A stretch of DNA of 64,000 nucleotides from NCBI GenBank assembly GCA_002742935.1, contig PDON01000066.1:6185-70184 (forward strand), read 5' to 3'. Each line of letters starts with the position of its first letter. Position 1 is the stretch's first letter. The position numbers and the translations under genes are program-made. Below are positions 19,955-29,912 of this stretch, one piece after another. The notes beneath the pieces are model-generated. The model saw nothing but the letters and a program-made list of their open reading frames with translations. It had not been told where the DNA came from and did not search any database. This DNA is from Candidatus Cloacimonadota bacterium. GTDB taxonomy: Bacteria > UBA4055.

Positions 19955-20003
19955 AATCTCTCCAAAACCTTTTTATTAAAAAATAACAAATAAAATTTCT
20001 CTT

Positions 20004-20432
20004 CTATAAAATTTTTATCTCCCTAAACTTTTTCACTCTTCTTCTAACAATAGGAGTAAGGTTAATAATCAAAATATAACTAACAACAACTATTAACCAA
20101 ATATAAATATTATTTAATTTAATAAAAAAAACAGATAAAAGAAGAAAGAGAAAAATAGATATATATATAAAAGGAGCTTTCTTTAAAATATTGTTATAAA
20201 ACATATATTTTTTTATCTGAACTCTATATAGACCCAGTGATTGTCTATTTTCCATTTTATCAAAATCGTAAGAGTAGTACAATTTTAGAAGATCTTTAAT
20301 ATCAACAGAAGACCTTCCATCCCATTCAATGAAAAAGCTCTCTCTCCTCTTACTACTATCAAATCTTTTACTGCTTATGATATCACAAATATCTGTGTAG
20401 CTAAGATCTTTCTCTTCTCTGCTTTGATTCAA
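20004..20432 (-). CDS. small membrane protein
   Basis: 142 aa with two hydrophobic helices near the C-terminus (APFIYISIFLFLLLSVFFI, IWLIVVVSYILIINL). First gene of a three-gene minus-strand unit. Confidence 0.5.
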   Translation of the reverse strand: MNQSREEKDLSYTDICDIISSKRFDSSKRRESFFIEWDGRSSVDIKDLLKLYYSYDFDKMENRQSLGLYRVQIKKYMFYNNILKKAPFIYISIFLFLLLSVFFIKLNNIYIWLIVVVSYILIINLTPIVRRRVKKFREIKIL

Positions 20433-20686
20433 CCATACCTCTTAACAATCTCATATTAAAAGAAAAAATCATAAAGTTACCAATAAATAACTTTATGATT
20501 GTAAAAAGGATCTAATAAAAAAGATTGAGAACAAATTACTAAGTATCTATACAGATCTGTTTGAAGCAAAATGCCAAATGCTAGTTTTAATTGTGAAATA
20601 AACTTACCAAATCTATTTTAAGCAACTTTGAAGCTTTGCACTTTTCAATAGACCCTAAACAATATTTTACCGCTAACTAAACGGCT

Positions 20687-21454
20687 TTAAAACTTTCTCT
20701 TATACGTAAACCTAATTATTCTCTCAGACTCTGAAGCTAAGCTCTTATTTCTTAAAAGATCTTTTAAAATAAGATCTAATGAAAACTCCGGAGAAACAAT
20801 CCAAGTTAACCCTGCATTTAGGTAACCTCTCTCTTTAGTTTCACTAAGATCATCAAACTTATCGTTAAAAGCAAAATCATACTCAGCTCTAAAAAGCAAG
20901 CTTTTACCTATATCCTTATCGAGCCCCACAAAAACATTTAGCTTATCATCCTTATCCTTTTTTTCAATAATTGAGTAATTTATACCTCCATGTAAACCAA
21001 GCATACCAAGATTTCCTGCTATATAGAAATTTTTTGTAGCAACGGCAAAAAATCCCGGAGCCTTAAATGTATACCTTTCCTCATTATCATTATCGGTGTC
21101 AGTAATCCACCTACCATAACCTTGACTATCAAAACCAAAAGCTATGTTTGGCATATAGTAATCCTCTTTAAAGGCTAAAATTTTAAGTTTAACACCCGGC
21201 TGACCATTCCAATCAGGCTCAACATTTGAAAAAACTTCAGATGCTCCATAGGAAATACCTATTTCAAGATTTTCAAAAACAGAGGCATTGATACCAATCA
21301 AAAAACCTCCTGCAGTATAAATTCTACCTTCAACTTCAACCTCTCCTTTATTGAGGATTGAGGCCGAAGGTTTATCAATAAGCTTTTTAGATAAACTTTG
21401 CTGAGAAAATAACAAAGTAAAAGAGATTAAAAGTAGTATAGACAAGATTTTCAT
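20687..21454 (-). CDS. outer-membrane beta-barrel-like protein
   Basis: Signal peptide MKILSILLLISFTLLFSQ; ends ...IIRFTYKRKF with a terminal aromatic residue. Confidence 0.6.
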   Translation of the reverse strand: MKILSILLLISFTLLFSQQSLSKKLIDKPSASILNKGEVEVEGRIYTAGGFLIGINASVFENLEIGISYGASEVFSNVEPDWNGQPGVKLKILAFKEDYYMPNIAFGFDSQGYGRWITDTDNDNEERYTFKAPGFFAVATKNFYIAGNLGMLGLHGGINYSIIEKKDKDDKLNVFVGLDKDIGKSLLFRAEYDFAFNDKFDDLSETKERGYLNAGLTWIVSPEFSLDLILKDLLRNKSLASESERIIRFTYKRKF

Positions 21455-21482
21455 CTTTTTACCCTAAATAAGATTTTTTATT

Positions 21483-22607
21483 TTACTTCTCAAGAACCTC
21501 AATATTAGCCCTTGGAATAATCAGATCCTCACCATCTATGGTTACAACCATAACTCTAACCCATGCTCCTGATTCAACTTGATAAAGTTTTGCCGGAAGC
21601 TCCTTAACAACACCAAGTTTTCCAAAATAAGGAGATCTAATAACTCTTATAGAATCACCTATTTGAATACCTGTTTTAGAGTAATCCTTTGAGAGCTTAT
21701 CAACATCTTTATTGTTATGAACAATAATAATTTCCGGTCTCTGAACACCAGCACGAATTTGGGTGGCTCCATTCATGGAAACTTCACTACCATTATATCT
21801 TTTTAGAAGATTGAATGTTCTTTCCGCCATCTTTATTTCACCAAAACCTTCAGTAAGAACAAGGGTTAAACCAATCTTTTCATGACCGGTAATGGCAACT
21901 CCTAAATCTCTACCCAAGATATCTCTAATATCTTGATAGTCAAAGCCACCAACAACAACACCATTAACTCCAATCTCTTTACACTTCATTAGAGCATTTG
22001 ATGTGATCTTTGACCCTCCAACAATAACCTTACCCTTATACTCCGGCTTGATCATATCCTCATCAACAACAGTGTCAGGAGAAGGAACAATAGTAAGAAT
22101 CTCTCCAAATGTTTCACCTCCCAATCCTAAGATACCTTGAATATGAACACCTTTGGTCTCTACGCAAACACCCTCATTAGGGATAACATTTTTAATCTTA
22201 CCATCAACGTAAGCATTTATCTCAACAGGGATAGGATCTTCAGAAAAAACAACTTGACCTGAAAGTTTAGATATTTGATCTAAAGTACCGTTTACAGGAG
22301 ATCTATATTCAGATTTAAACAAACCAAAAAAAGATTTTTTCTCTGCAACAAGCTCCCCTATTTTTACCTTATCTCCAACCTTCTTTAAAATGTATTGAGG
22401 AAGTTCATCTGCTTTATTAAGACCTAACTCTCCCGCAACATTCATAGGATAAACCTTTCCGGGAAGTTCTGTTTTAGCAACTAAATCCGTAGATTTTACA
22501 TCTTCATTCTCTTTTACCAAAACCTCTCCCAAAAGAGGTAATCTCCTAGTCTTCTCTATATCTGTAAACTCTGTAACCTTTAAACCAGGTGTATATGCAT
22601 GAGCCAT
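21483..22607 (-). CDS. conserved hypothetical protein, partner of the GlmL-like ATPase
   Basis: 374-aa ORF starting MAHAYTPGLKV; no family recognised. 85-nt gap to the upstream ATPase gene, same strand. Confidence 0.6.
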   Translation of the reverse strand: MAHAYTPGLKVTEFTDIEKTRRLPLLGEVLVKENEDVKSTDLVAKTELPGKVYPMNVAGELGLNKADELPQYILKKVGDKVKIGELVAEKKSFFGLFKSEYRSPVNGTLDQISKLSGQVVFSEDPIPVEINAYVDGKIKNVIPNEGVCVETKGVHIQGILGLGGETFGEILTIVPSPDTVVDEDMIKPEYKGKVIVGGSKITSNALMKCKEIGVNGVVVGGFDYQDIRDILGRDLGVAITGHEKIGLTLVLTEGFGEIKMAERTFNLLKRYNGSEVSMNGATQIRAGVQRPEIIIVHNNKDVDKLSKDYSKTGIQIGDSIRVIRSPYFGKLGVVKELPAKLYQVESGAWVRVMVVTIDGEDLIIPRANIEVLEK

Positions 22608-22692
22608 AATTTATTCCTTATTTTCCTTTAATAATCAACTCAATTTACCCATATAAAAATATTTGGGAAAAGATCATTAATGAGGGTTAACT

Positions 22693-24606
22693 TTATACCC
22701 CATCTTTTTTAGATTTTGGAACATAATTTTTACTTATATCCCAAGTATTTAACATATTGATTCTGTCTTTAAAATCTTTAGAAAACTTAAAAGGACGACC
22801 TCTTGTATCAATTATTAAACCAACAACTCCACCTCTAAGTTTCTTACTAACCTTCTTACCTTTTCCTCCTCCAACATCAAAACCTTTTGCAGGTTCAATC
22901 TCAAACATAACTTCAGTATCATAATCAAAATCAAATCTCTGAACCTCATTTGCCGTAAACCATCTGTCAAGTTTATTTCCATCAGGTAAAACTGCCTTAA
23001 CTCTAACAACATTCTTACCCTCTTTTACAACACCTATAGGACAAATTGTTTGAGCTAAGTGGATAAGACAATCCTTATCAAACACCTCCATTGCTGCCTG
23101 CTCACAACCCGGTCTGTCAACATCTGAAAGAACACCGAGCTGGGGCATCATGAATATAGAGTCAACAGCAAGAGCAGTTATACCTTCAGGGAGGAAAGCA
23201 TCAAGCATCATATGAGCTGACTGACTACGAAGAGGAGCGTGTGAAAGTACACCACCGGATCCTACCAAAATATCCAGCTCTCTCATCTTTACAATTGAAT
23301 CAGCAGCAGAAGCATCATCAAAAGCATCAGCAATAGATTTCTGTTGCTGAACACCTTTTAAACCAACGGCAAATGCTCTATGCTGAATGAAGGAGAGCCT
23401 CAAAGCCTCCCTACAGATAGCTTGCTCAATAATAAGATCCTCTCTATTTTGAGGAATAGTGGTAGGTCTTATCATCTTATTACCAATTCTATTCCTAAGC
23501 TCATGTTCATCTGTCTCAAAAGGAACCCACCTCATAATATTATCAACACCTGACTCTAACAGAACATTAGAAACAGAGTAGGACATTCCAAGGTTTGCAC
23601 TAACAGTTCTATTAAACTTCTGTTGTTCCATTCCATTTTGATCTTTAAGCTTAAATACAGAGAAAACATCTGTTGTTGCACCACCAATATCAACACCAAC
23701 AACATTTTTATTTTGAATTTTTCCAATCTTTTGAATAATTAGTCCAACAGCTCCCGGCGTAGGCATAATTGGAGCATCTGTCCACTTCATAAGTTTATCG
23801 TAACCCGGAGCCTGTTGCATAACATGCTCCATAAATAGATCATGTATCTTATCGGATGCAGGTCTTAAATTCTCCTCCTCTAAAGAAGGTCTCAAGTTTG
23901 GAACAATATTTAGGGCTGTACTATCCTCTAAAATATCTCTAATCTGATCTTGGGCTCTACTGTTTCCTGCATATATAACAGGGAGAGAGAATCCGGCACC
24001 AAGTCTTGCTGTTGGTCTCGCCGATTTTACAAGCTCTGACATTGATATAACATGCTTTGGTTTTGCACTATCAGTCTCTCCGGCAATAAGGATCATATCC
24101 GGTCTTAAAGCCCTTATTCTTTCTATCTTTTCATGAGGAAGCCTACCGTCATTTATTGCAAGAGTATCCATCACGATAGCACCGGCACCCAAAGCCGCTC
24201 TTTCAGCAGATTCAGCCGTCATACCCTTTACAACTCCAAACACCATCATCTGCAATCCACCACCGGCAGATGATGTTGAAATATATATATCACAACCCTC
24301 TTCAATACCGTTATTATCCCTCTTTGGTCTCAATATTTGCTCATTCTCAATAAACTTTCTAGGTTTATTATAATATTTTGACCCCTTCATCTCATCTCTT
24401 GCATAATATTGAGTAGCAAGCTCCTCAAGTTCCATTACAGCATTTAAAACACCTCTTGTAACATCTTCAAAAGGTGCTTCCACTGTAGTTGGAGCCTCAC
24501 CTCTAACAAGTTGTCTATATTCATCACCAACCTTTTCAATAAGGATAGCTTTTGTTGTGGTAGAACCACAATCAGTTGCAATTATTGTAGTAACCTCTTT
24601 TGACAT
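22693..24606 (-). CDS. GlmL/MutL-EutA-like ASKHA-fold ATPase (mutase-reactivase-like)
   Basis: Phosphate-1 motif IIATDCGSTTTKAILIEK at the N-terminus and a second motif VVGVDIGGATTDVFSV; 637 aa. Confidence 0.65.
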   Translation of the reverse strand: MSKEVTTIIATDCGSTTTKAILIEKVGDEYRQLVRGEAPTTVEAPFEDVTRGVLNAVMELEELATQYYARDEMKGSKYYNKPRKFIENEQILRPKRDNNGIEEGCDIYISTSSAGGGLQMMVFGVVKGMTAESAERAALGAGAIVMDTLAINDGRLPHEKIERIRALRPDMILIAGETDSAKPKHVISMSELVKSARPTARLGAGFSLPVIYAGNSRAQDQIRDILEDSTALNIVPNLRPSLEEENLRPASDKIHDLFMEHVMQQAPGYDKLMKWTDAPIMPTPGAVGLIIQKIGKIQNKNVVGVDIGGATTDVFSVFKLKDQNGMEQQKFNRTVSANLGMSYSVSNVLLESGVDNIMRWVPFETDEHELRNRIGNKMIRPTTIPQNREDLIIEQAICREALRLSFIQHRAFAVGLKGVQQQKSIADAFDDASAADSIVKMRELDILVGSGGVLSHAPLRSQSAHMMLDAFLPEGITALAVDSIFMMPQLGVLSDVDRPGCEQAAMEVFDKDCLIHLAQTICPIGVVKEGKNVVRVKAVLPDGNKLDRWFTANEVQRFDFDYDTEVMFEIEPAKGFDVGGGKGKKVSKKLRGGVVGLIIDTRGRPFKFSKDFKDRINMLNTWDISKNYVPKSKKDGV

Positions 24607-24839
24607 CTAATCTACCTATCTATTTTTATTTTTTATCTTATTACTTTCAAAATTCCTCTTACACGGTAACATAAGCAGCAATCCTTAACAACATATTACA
24701 ATCTACTATAATATAGAGTAAAAGCAATAAAAGAAACCATGAAGGCAAATAAAAAATTCACCCTAAGGATTACACACTAACTTCAAAATACAATAAATAA
24801 TCAACTATAGACCATTTAGATTTGAATATTACAAGAAAA

Positions 24840-24869
24840 AATATATCATTTTTATAAACTTAAAGTCAA
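24840..24869 (-). promoter_or_regulatory. putative promoter with extended -10 (minus strand)
   Basis: Minus strand reads TTGACT (24869-24864), 18 nt spacer ending in TGA, then TATATT (24845-24840). It would give a leader of about 225 nt to ATG 24606. Confidence 0.45.
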
Positions 24870-24907
24870 GCTTGTTTTTTTTTACTTTTACCTCTTTTTA
24901 TATGCTC

Positions 24908-26815
24908 CTATTCCGTAAAAAGGGATCTATAAACAATAGCAGAGGAAACCTCTTTTATTAGCTTAAGCTTGTTTTTATTGTTTGATACAGAATCGCTATA
25001 AATAAAAGTTCCCAAACTATCCACTATAGTTTTGAACTGCCCTCCTCTGTTTAAGATTGTTATAGAGCTGCTATCAATGTAAGATTCACTGGAGCCATCA
25101 ATAGAATAGGCAAAACCGTTGTCCTCAATATTAAACAGATCTCTTCCAAGTGAGCTATGCTTATAATCCCCTCCCAAAACTCCCATTACAGTAGGTAAAA
25201 TATCACTTTGAGATCCGTACTTTAAGACTACTTTATGATCTATAATATTAGGGGCGTAGATCATAAAAGGGACATTAAACCTTACCTTATCATACTTATC
25301 TTTTTTCGCAACCCTTCTACCGTGATCTGCAACAAAGATAAAGATTGTATTTTCAAACTTACCTATACTTTTCAACTCTTCAATAAACCTGTTCAGATAG
25401 TAATCATTGTAAAGAATACAATTTAACGATTTGTAGTCAGAATACTCTTTGCCAAACTTTTTAAATCTTTGATCCGGAAGATCAAAAGGTTCGTGATTAC
25501 TGAGAGTAAACATAGAATAGAAAAATGGTTCTTTGATAGTTTTAATATCTTCAAAAGCTCTGTTAAAAAGAATACTATCCGGAACTCCCCACTTTCCAAA
25601 TCTATCCGATAATGAGAAATCTGAAATACCAATAAAATTATCTACACCATTTACCCTCAAGAAACCTTTCATATTGTCAAATTCAAGATCCCCTCCGTAG
25701 GCAAAGTGGGTAGAGTACCCTCTCTTTTTCAAAATAGATGGGAGAGAAAGAAAAGGTTTTTGTGCCTCCATTCTTTTAATAACAGGCTTTCCACCTTGGG
25801 AAGGGAAACCTGAGAAAGTTGAAAATATCCCCCTGTTTGATCTATATCCGGATGAGTAGAAGTTTTTAAACAGAACTCCATCTTCTGCAAGTTTATCAAA
25901 GTATGGAGTTGCCCCCGGACTATTACCAAGAACTCCAATGTAATGATTCATCCAACTTTCAAGAAGAATTAGAACTACATTATAATCCCTTCTCTCTCTT
26001 CTGCCTTTAGTGATCCTCAATAGCGGATTAGAGGATTCCAATAAACTATCATTAGGTAAAACAAAGATCTTTCTTAACTCACGAATCTCACTTTCTGTAA
26101 TATCTCTCTTTATACCTCTTTTCTTCTCTTTTATATAGTATTCATAAGATTTTACTATATAGAAAATAGGGTTCAAAGAGCCATTGTTGGCAAGATTATT
26201 CTCTGAAAAGTATGCAACTCCCCAGTTAAGAGTACCCTGATCAATCCCGGATCTTGCAGAGATAATCATAACACCTATAAACAGAGTGATGATAAGAGGT
26301 TCACTCTTAATGCTCACTCTCTCCTCAAAAATACTCCAGATCTTTGTCCACTTAAAAAGAAGATGCAATAGATAGAAGATAGAGAAAATAGCTATACCGT
26401 ACAGAATAGGATTATGGTCTGCAATAATGGTTTTATAAACCTCAATACTGGTAATATACTCAAAATCTTTGTATCCCAGATGGGTTCCAAACTTATGAAA
26501 ATACTCAATATCTGCAAATGAAAAGAAGATAACAAAAAATGAGATAGTTTTGTGTATGACTGCCAAAAAAGGTTTAATGTTAATCTTAATTAGCTTAAAA
26601 CCTCCAAAAACTAGAGAAAAAATTATAAACAAAAAAGTTATATAGGATGAAACAGAGCTATCAAAACGAAAACCCACCAAAAAGCTTTTAAGGAGAAGGT
26701 TTGTAGGTATCTCTTCATAGTTTACAAAGAAGAAAACAACCCTTAAAACAAAAAATAGAGATAGAAATATAAGGTAGTGTTTAAGCAGATTTACCACTAA
26801 ACTATTTTTGAACAT
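24908..26815 (-). CDS. LTA-synthase-family sulfatase-domain membrane protein (phosphoglycerol/phosphoethanolamine transferase-like)
   Basis: Five N-terminal TM helices plus an extracytoplasmic sulfatase fold (NVVLILLESW..., FVADHG). Start taken at MFKNSLV (26815), 4 nt after the dtd stop, rather than at 26857. Confidence 0.8.
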   Translation of the reverse strand: MFKNSLVVNLLKHYLIFLSLFFVLRVVFFFVNYEEIPTNLLLKSFLVGFRFDSSVSSYITFLFIIFSLVFGGFKLIKINIKPFLAVIHKTISFFVIFFSFADIEYFHKFGTHLGYKDFEYITSIEVYKTIIADHNPILYGIAIFSIFYLLHLLFKWTKIWSIFEERVSIKSEPLIITLFIGVMIISARSGIDQGTLNWGVAYFSENNLANNGSLNPIFYIVKSYEYYIKEKKRGIKRDITESEIRELRKIFVLPNDSLLESSNPLLRITKGRRERRDYNVVLILLESWMNHYIGVLGNSPGATPYFDKLAEDGVLFKNFYSSGYRSNRGIFSTFSGFPSQGGKPVIKRMEAQKPFLSLPSILKKRGYSTHFAYGGDLEFDNMKGFLRVNGVDNFIGISDFSLSDRFGKWGVPDSILFNRAFEDIKTIKEPFFYSMFTLSNHEPFDLPDQRFKKFGKEYSDYKSLNCILYNDYYLNRFIEELKSIGKFENTIFIFVADHGRRVAKKDKYDKVRFNVPFMIYAPNIIDHKVVLKYGSQSDILPTVMGVLGGDYKHSSLGRDLFNIEDNGFAYSIDGSSESYIDSSSITILNRGGQFKTIVDSLGTFIYSDSVSNNKNKLKLIKEVSSAIVYRSLFTE

Positions 26816-26819
26816 AAAC

Positions 26820-27257
26820 CTAATCCTTTTCAAGCATAAATGTAACAGGACCGTCATTTATTAGTGAGACCTTCATGTCAGCTCCAAATACACCACTCTT
26901 TGTTGGAGCTATTTTAGAGGTTTCATTAACAATATAGTTAAAAAGATTGTTTGCAAAATCAGGTTTTGCAGATCTTTCAAATCCCGGTCTCCTACCTCTT
27001 GATGTATCTCCATAAAGGGTAAATTGAGAAACGAGTAAAATCTCCCCTCCAATATCTTTACAGGAAAGATTCATTTTCCCATTTTCATCCTCAAAAATTC
27101 TAAGGTTGACAAATTTATTTATCAAAAAATCAGCTATCTCTTCTGTATCAGTGTGGGTAATCCCCACCAAGAGAAGCAACCCTTTATCAATTTTTGAATG
27201 TATCTTTCCATCAATTGAAACAGAACCATTTTTTACTCTCTGTAATAGTATTCTCAT
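26820..27257 (-). CDS. dtd: D-aminoacyl-tRNA deacylase
   Basis: MRILLQRVKNGSV...SQFTLYGDTSRGRRPGF. ATG 27257 lies 6 nt after GAGGTG; the track start 27266 is the GTG inside the RBS. Confidence 0.9.
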   Translation of the reverse strand: MRILLQRVKNGSVSIDGKIHSKIDKGLLLLVGITHTDTEEIADFLINKFVNLRIFEDENGKMNLSCKDIGGEILLVSQFTLYGDTSRGRRPGFERSAKPDFANNLFNYIVNETSKIAPTKSGVFGADMKVSLINDGPVTFMLEKD

Positions 27258-27430
27258 AAAATTCACCTCTACAATTCTATTGAAATAAAAATAACAACTT
27301 ATTTGAATTGTAACAATTTTTTAAAAAAATATTGTTTATATTAAAATATTCCAATATTTTGGATATAGATAATTAATTAGACATAAAGTTTGAGAACAAA
27401 ATATTTTAAAGATAAAACCTTTGGAGAGAT

Positions 27431-28168
27431 ATGAGATATATAATTTTTCTAATAGTTATTTCTAATCTTTACGGTAAGTTTGAAAAAATAAGTTATAATA
27501 CAACTTCATACGGAATGGGCTCTTTCTTATCATCTCTTATTAGCAATAAAATCAATAGTAGTTCTATAGAGATAGATATTTTATACCCTTATGAAATTGT
27601 AGAACTCTCTAGAACAAAACTTAATATGCAAAGCTCAATAAAAAATCTTAAATATAGAGTTGAGTTTGAATATTTTGGATTGGATGAGTACAATGAAACA
27701 TCTTTAGGAGTTACAACTCCCTTGAGTATAAACAGTTTAGTGATTTTACCCAAAATAGAGATCCTTTCAAACAAGGTAGAAAATGATCAAAGTTTTTACT
27801 ACGGATTTAGCATAGGATCAATCTACAATAGTAAAAACTACTCTCTAGAGCTGAATTTGGACAGAGTTTTAAGTTTTGAGAATAATCTCTCACCAATCTA
27901 TACATTTGCAGCCCTATTTGATATAAGTAATAATATTTTTGGAGTTATTGAGATTGAAAAAGATGAAGATACAGATCTTATCTATAAAACAGGTATAAAC
28001 TACTCACCATTTAAAAAGTTTTCAATTAGCTTAGGTATCGCTCCGGAACTCTACTCTATCTATTCAGGACTCAGAGTTTCATACAACAACCTAAGTTTCT
28101 CATACTCAGGATCTTATCACAGCTACCTGGGCTATTCACAAATGATAGGTATCTCTTATGGCTTATAA
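27431..28168 (+). CDS. hypothetical outer-membrane protein
   Basis: Signal-like N-terminus MRYIIFLIVISNLYG; Ser/Tyr/Gly-rich strands; ends ...MIGISYGL. Confidence 0.5.
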   Translation: MRYIIFLIVISNLYGKFEKISYNTTSYGMGSFLSSLISNKINSSSIEIDILYPYEIVELSRTKLNMQSSIKNLKYRVEFEYFGLDEYNETSLGVTTPLSINSLVILPKIEILSNKVENDQSFYYGFSIGSIYNSKNYSLELNLDRVLSFENNLSPIYTFAALFDISNNIFGVIEIEKDEDTDLIYKTGINYSPFKKFSISLGIAPELYSIYSGLRVSYNNLSFSYSGSYHSYLGYSQMIGISYGL

Positions 28169-29912
28169 ACTCCTAATCTTTTTAGCACTCTTTAGCTCAC
28201 TGTTTTCCATAGAGATTGAGGATAATAATGAGATTGATGAGATTATTCAAATTATTGAACTTGACCCCATTGATATAAACAGAGGTAGTGAACTTCAGCT
28301 TTTAACTATTCCATATATCTCAAAATCGGATATAGAAGATATTTTAGATTACAGGAAGAGTAAAGGTAAACTTGTTGTAGAGGATCTTGTAAGATTAAAC
28401 ATAGTCTCGTATCAAGAGTATGAAACCATTAAAGATTGTTTTAAAGATAGTAATAGCAACAAACTGTTAAGATTTAGATCTCTGGTAAAGAGACCTTTAT
28501 ACAAAGTAGCAGGAGAGAAAAAAAGAAAATTTTACGGCAATAGATATAAAAACAGATACTCAATATTACTTAAAAATGAAAAAATAGATATTGGAGCTTT
28601 AGGAGAAAAGGATAGCTACGAGCTTCAGAGTAACTATAAATATAATATTAACTACAATGCAGATCTCTTTTCTATAGGATTTGGTAACTTTGTTCTAAAG
28701 GATAGAAACGGAGTAGTAAACGAAGCTTCTCTGTATAACAACCCTTTTGAGTACTCTTCCAATATTTTTGAGCTGAAAAAAGATCTATCGACCCAAGAGT
28801 TTTACGATATGAAAGGGGTGGTAATAAAATCTGATCTTCCCTATATCTCTTTTGAAGCAGGTGTTTTTGAAACCCAATTTTCATCAACTTTAGAAAATGG
28901 AACTATAAAAAGTGTTAAGATTGATGGTATCTATGAAACTGAAAATAGTATTAAGAAAAATTTCAACTCAAAAAATAGAAGAGTTGCCTCCACAGTTTCA
29001 ATATACAATAGAAAACATAGGGTATCATTAGGTTTTATTGGTGATAACTATAATAGAAAATTTTACAAAAGTGAAGATAAAATATTTAACGATTACTCAT
29101 ATCTGTTATCCTATAAAAATAGTATGCTAAAAAATCTTGAAGGTAGCTTTACAGCTCTTTTAAAAGGGGATAAGTTTTTGGGTAAAGTAAACTTAAACCA
29201 TAAAAGTAGTATTGTAACAGATCTGTTTATTCAATATTCAAATATAAAAAAAGCAACACCCTTTTCCAATGATATCATAAATCTAGAGGGTAAAAATGAA
29301 CTCCTTTTTGGAGGAATGATCTCAACTATAAAGTCAAAATGGAGATCTTGGTTTTCCTATACAGCACATATAAACAGTAATGAAAACAAACAGAGTTTTA
29401 AACAATCACTTGAAAGAAAATTTGGAAAAGTAAAATTTAAAATAACAGCTTTAGAAAAAATATACAAAAAGAGAGAAATATTTTTCAACTATAACACAAA
29501 ACTGACACTATCTTATAGCGAAAGAAAAACCTCTGTAGGTTCATCTTTTCAATACTCAAAAAGTGAGGAAAAATTAAGTGAAGGTATCATTTTTAATTCA
29601 TATATCAAAAATAGGCTTGGAAAATATTTTGATATAAAATTTGGATTGGTAAACTTCTACTCAACAAGAGGGAAACACCTCTTCTATAATAGTGGATCTT
29701 ATGAGGGCAAATCAAACTCATTAACATCTCTAAGTGGTAGTGGATATATTGGGTATGGAAAGATTGTATACAACTATTGGGGTTTTAAAATATCTTTGGG
29801 TTACTATAATCAAGCTTCATCTTCAGGAGTTATAGGATCTGGTAACAACGAGATAAATGGAAACAAAGATAGGTTAAGTTTAGGTATTGATTATATATGG
29901 AAAGAAAAGTAG
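28158..29912 (+). CDS. helix-hairpin-helix (ComEA-like) N-terminal domain + large beta-barrel-like protein
   Basis: INRGSELQLLTIPYISKSDIEDILDYRKSKGKL resembles the ComEA HhH motif. The remainder is Tyr/Gly/Ser/Asn-rich. Overlaps both neighbouring genes. Confidence 0.5.
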   Translation: MAYKLLIFLALFSSLFSIEIEDNNEIDEIIQIIELDPIDINRGSELQLLTIPYISKSDIEDILDYRKSKGKLVVEDLVRLNIVSYQEYETIKDCFKDSNSNKLLRFRSLVKRPLYKVAGEKKRKFYGNRYKNRYSILLKNEKIDIGALGEKDSYELQSNYKYNINYNADLFSIGFGNFVLKDRNGVVNEASLYNNPFEYSSNIFELKKDLSTQEFYDMKGVVIKSDLPYISFEAGVFETQFSSTLENGTIKSVKIDGIYETENSIKKNFNSKNRRVASTVSIYNRKHRVSLGFIGDNYNRKFYKSEDKIFNDYSYLLSYKNSMLKNLEGSFTALLKGDKFLGKVNLNHKSSIVTDLFIQYSNIKKATPFSNDIINLEGKNELLFGGMISTIKSKWRSWFSYTAHINSNENKQSFKQSLERKFGKVKFKITALEKIYKKREIFFNYNTKLTLSYSERKTSVGSSFQYSKSEEKLSEGIIFNSYIKNRLGKYFDIKFGLVNFYSTRGKHLFYNSGSYEGKSNSLTSLSGSGYIGYGKIVYNYWGFKISLGYYNQASSSGVIGSGNNEINGNKDRLSLGIDYIWKEK

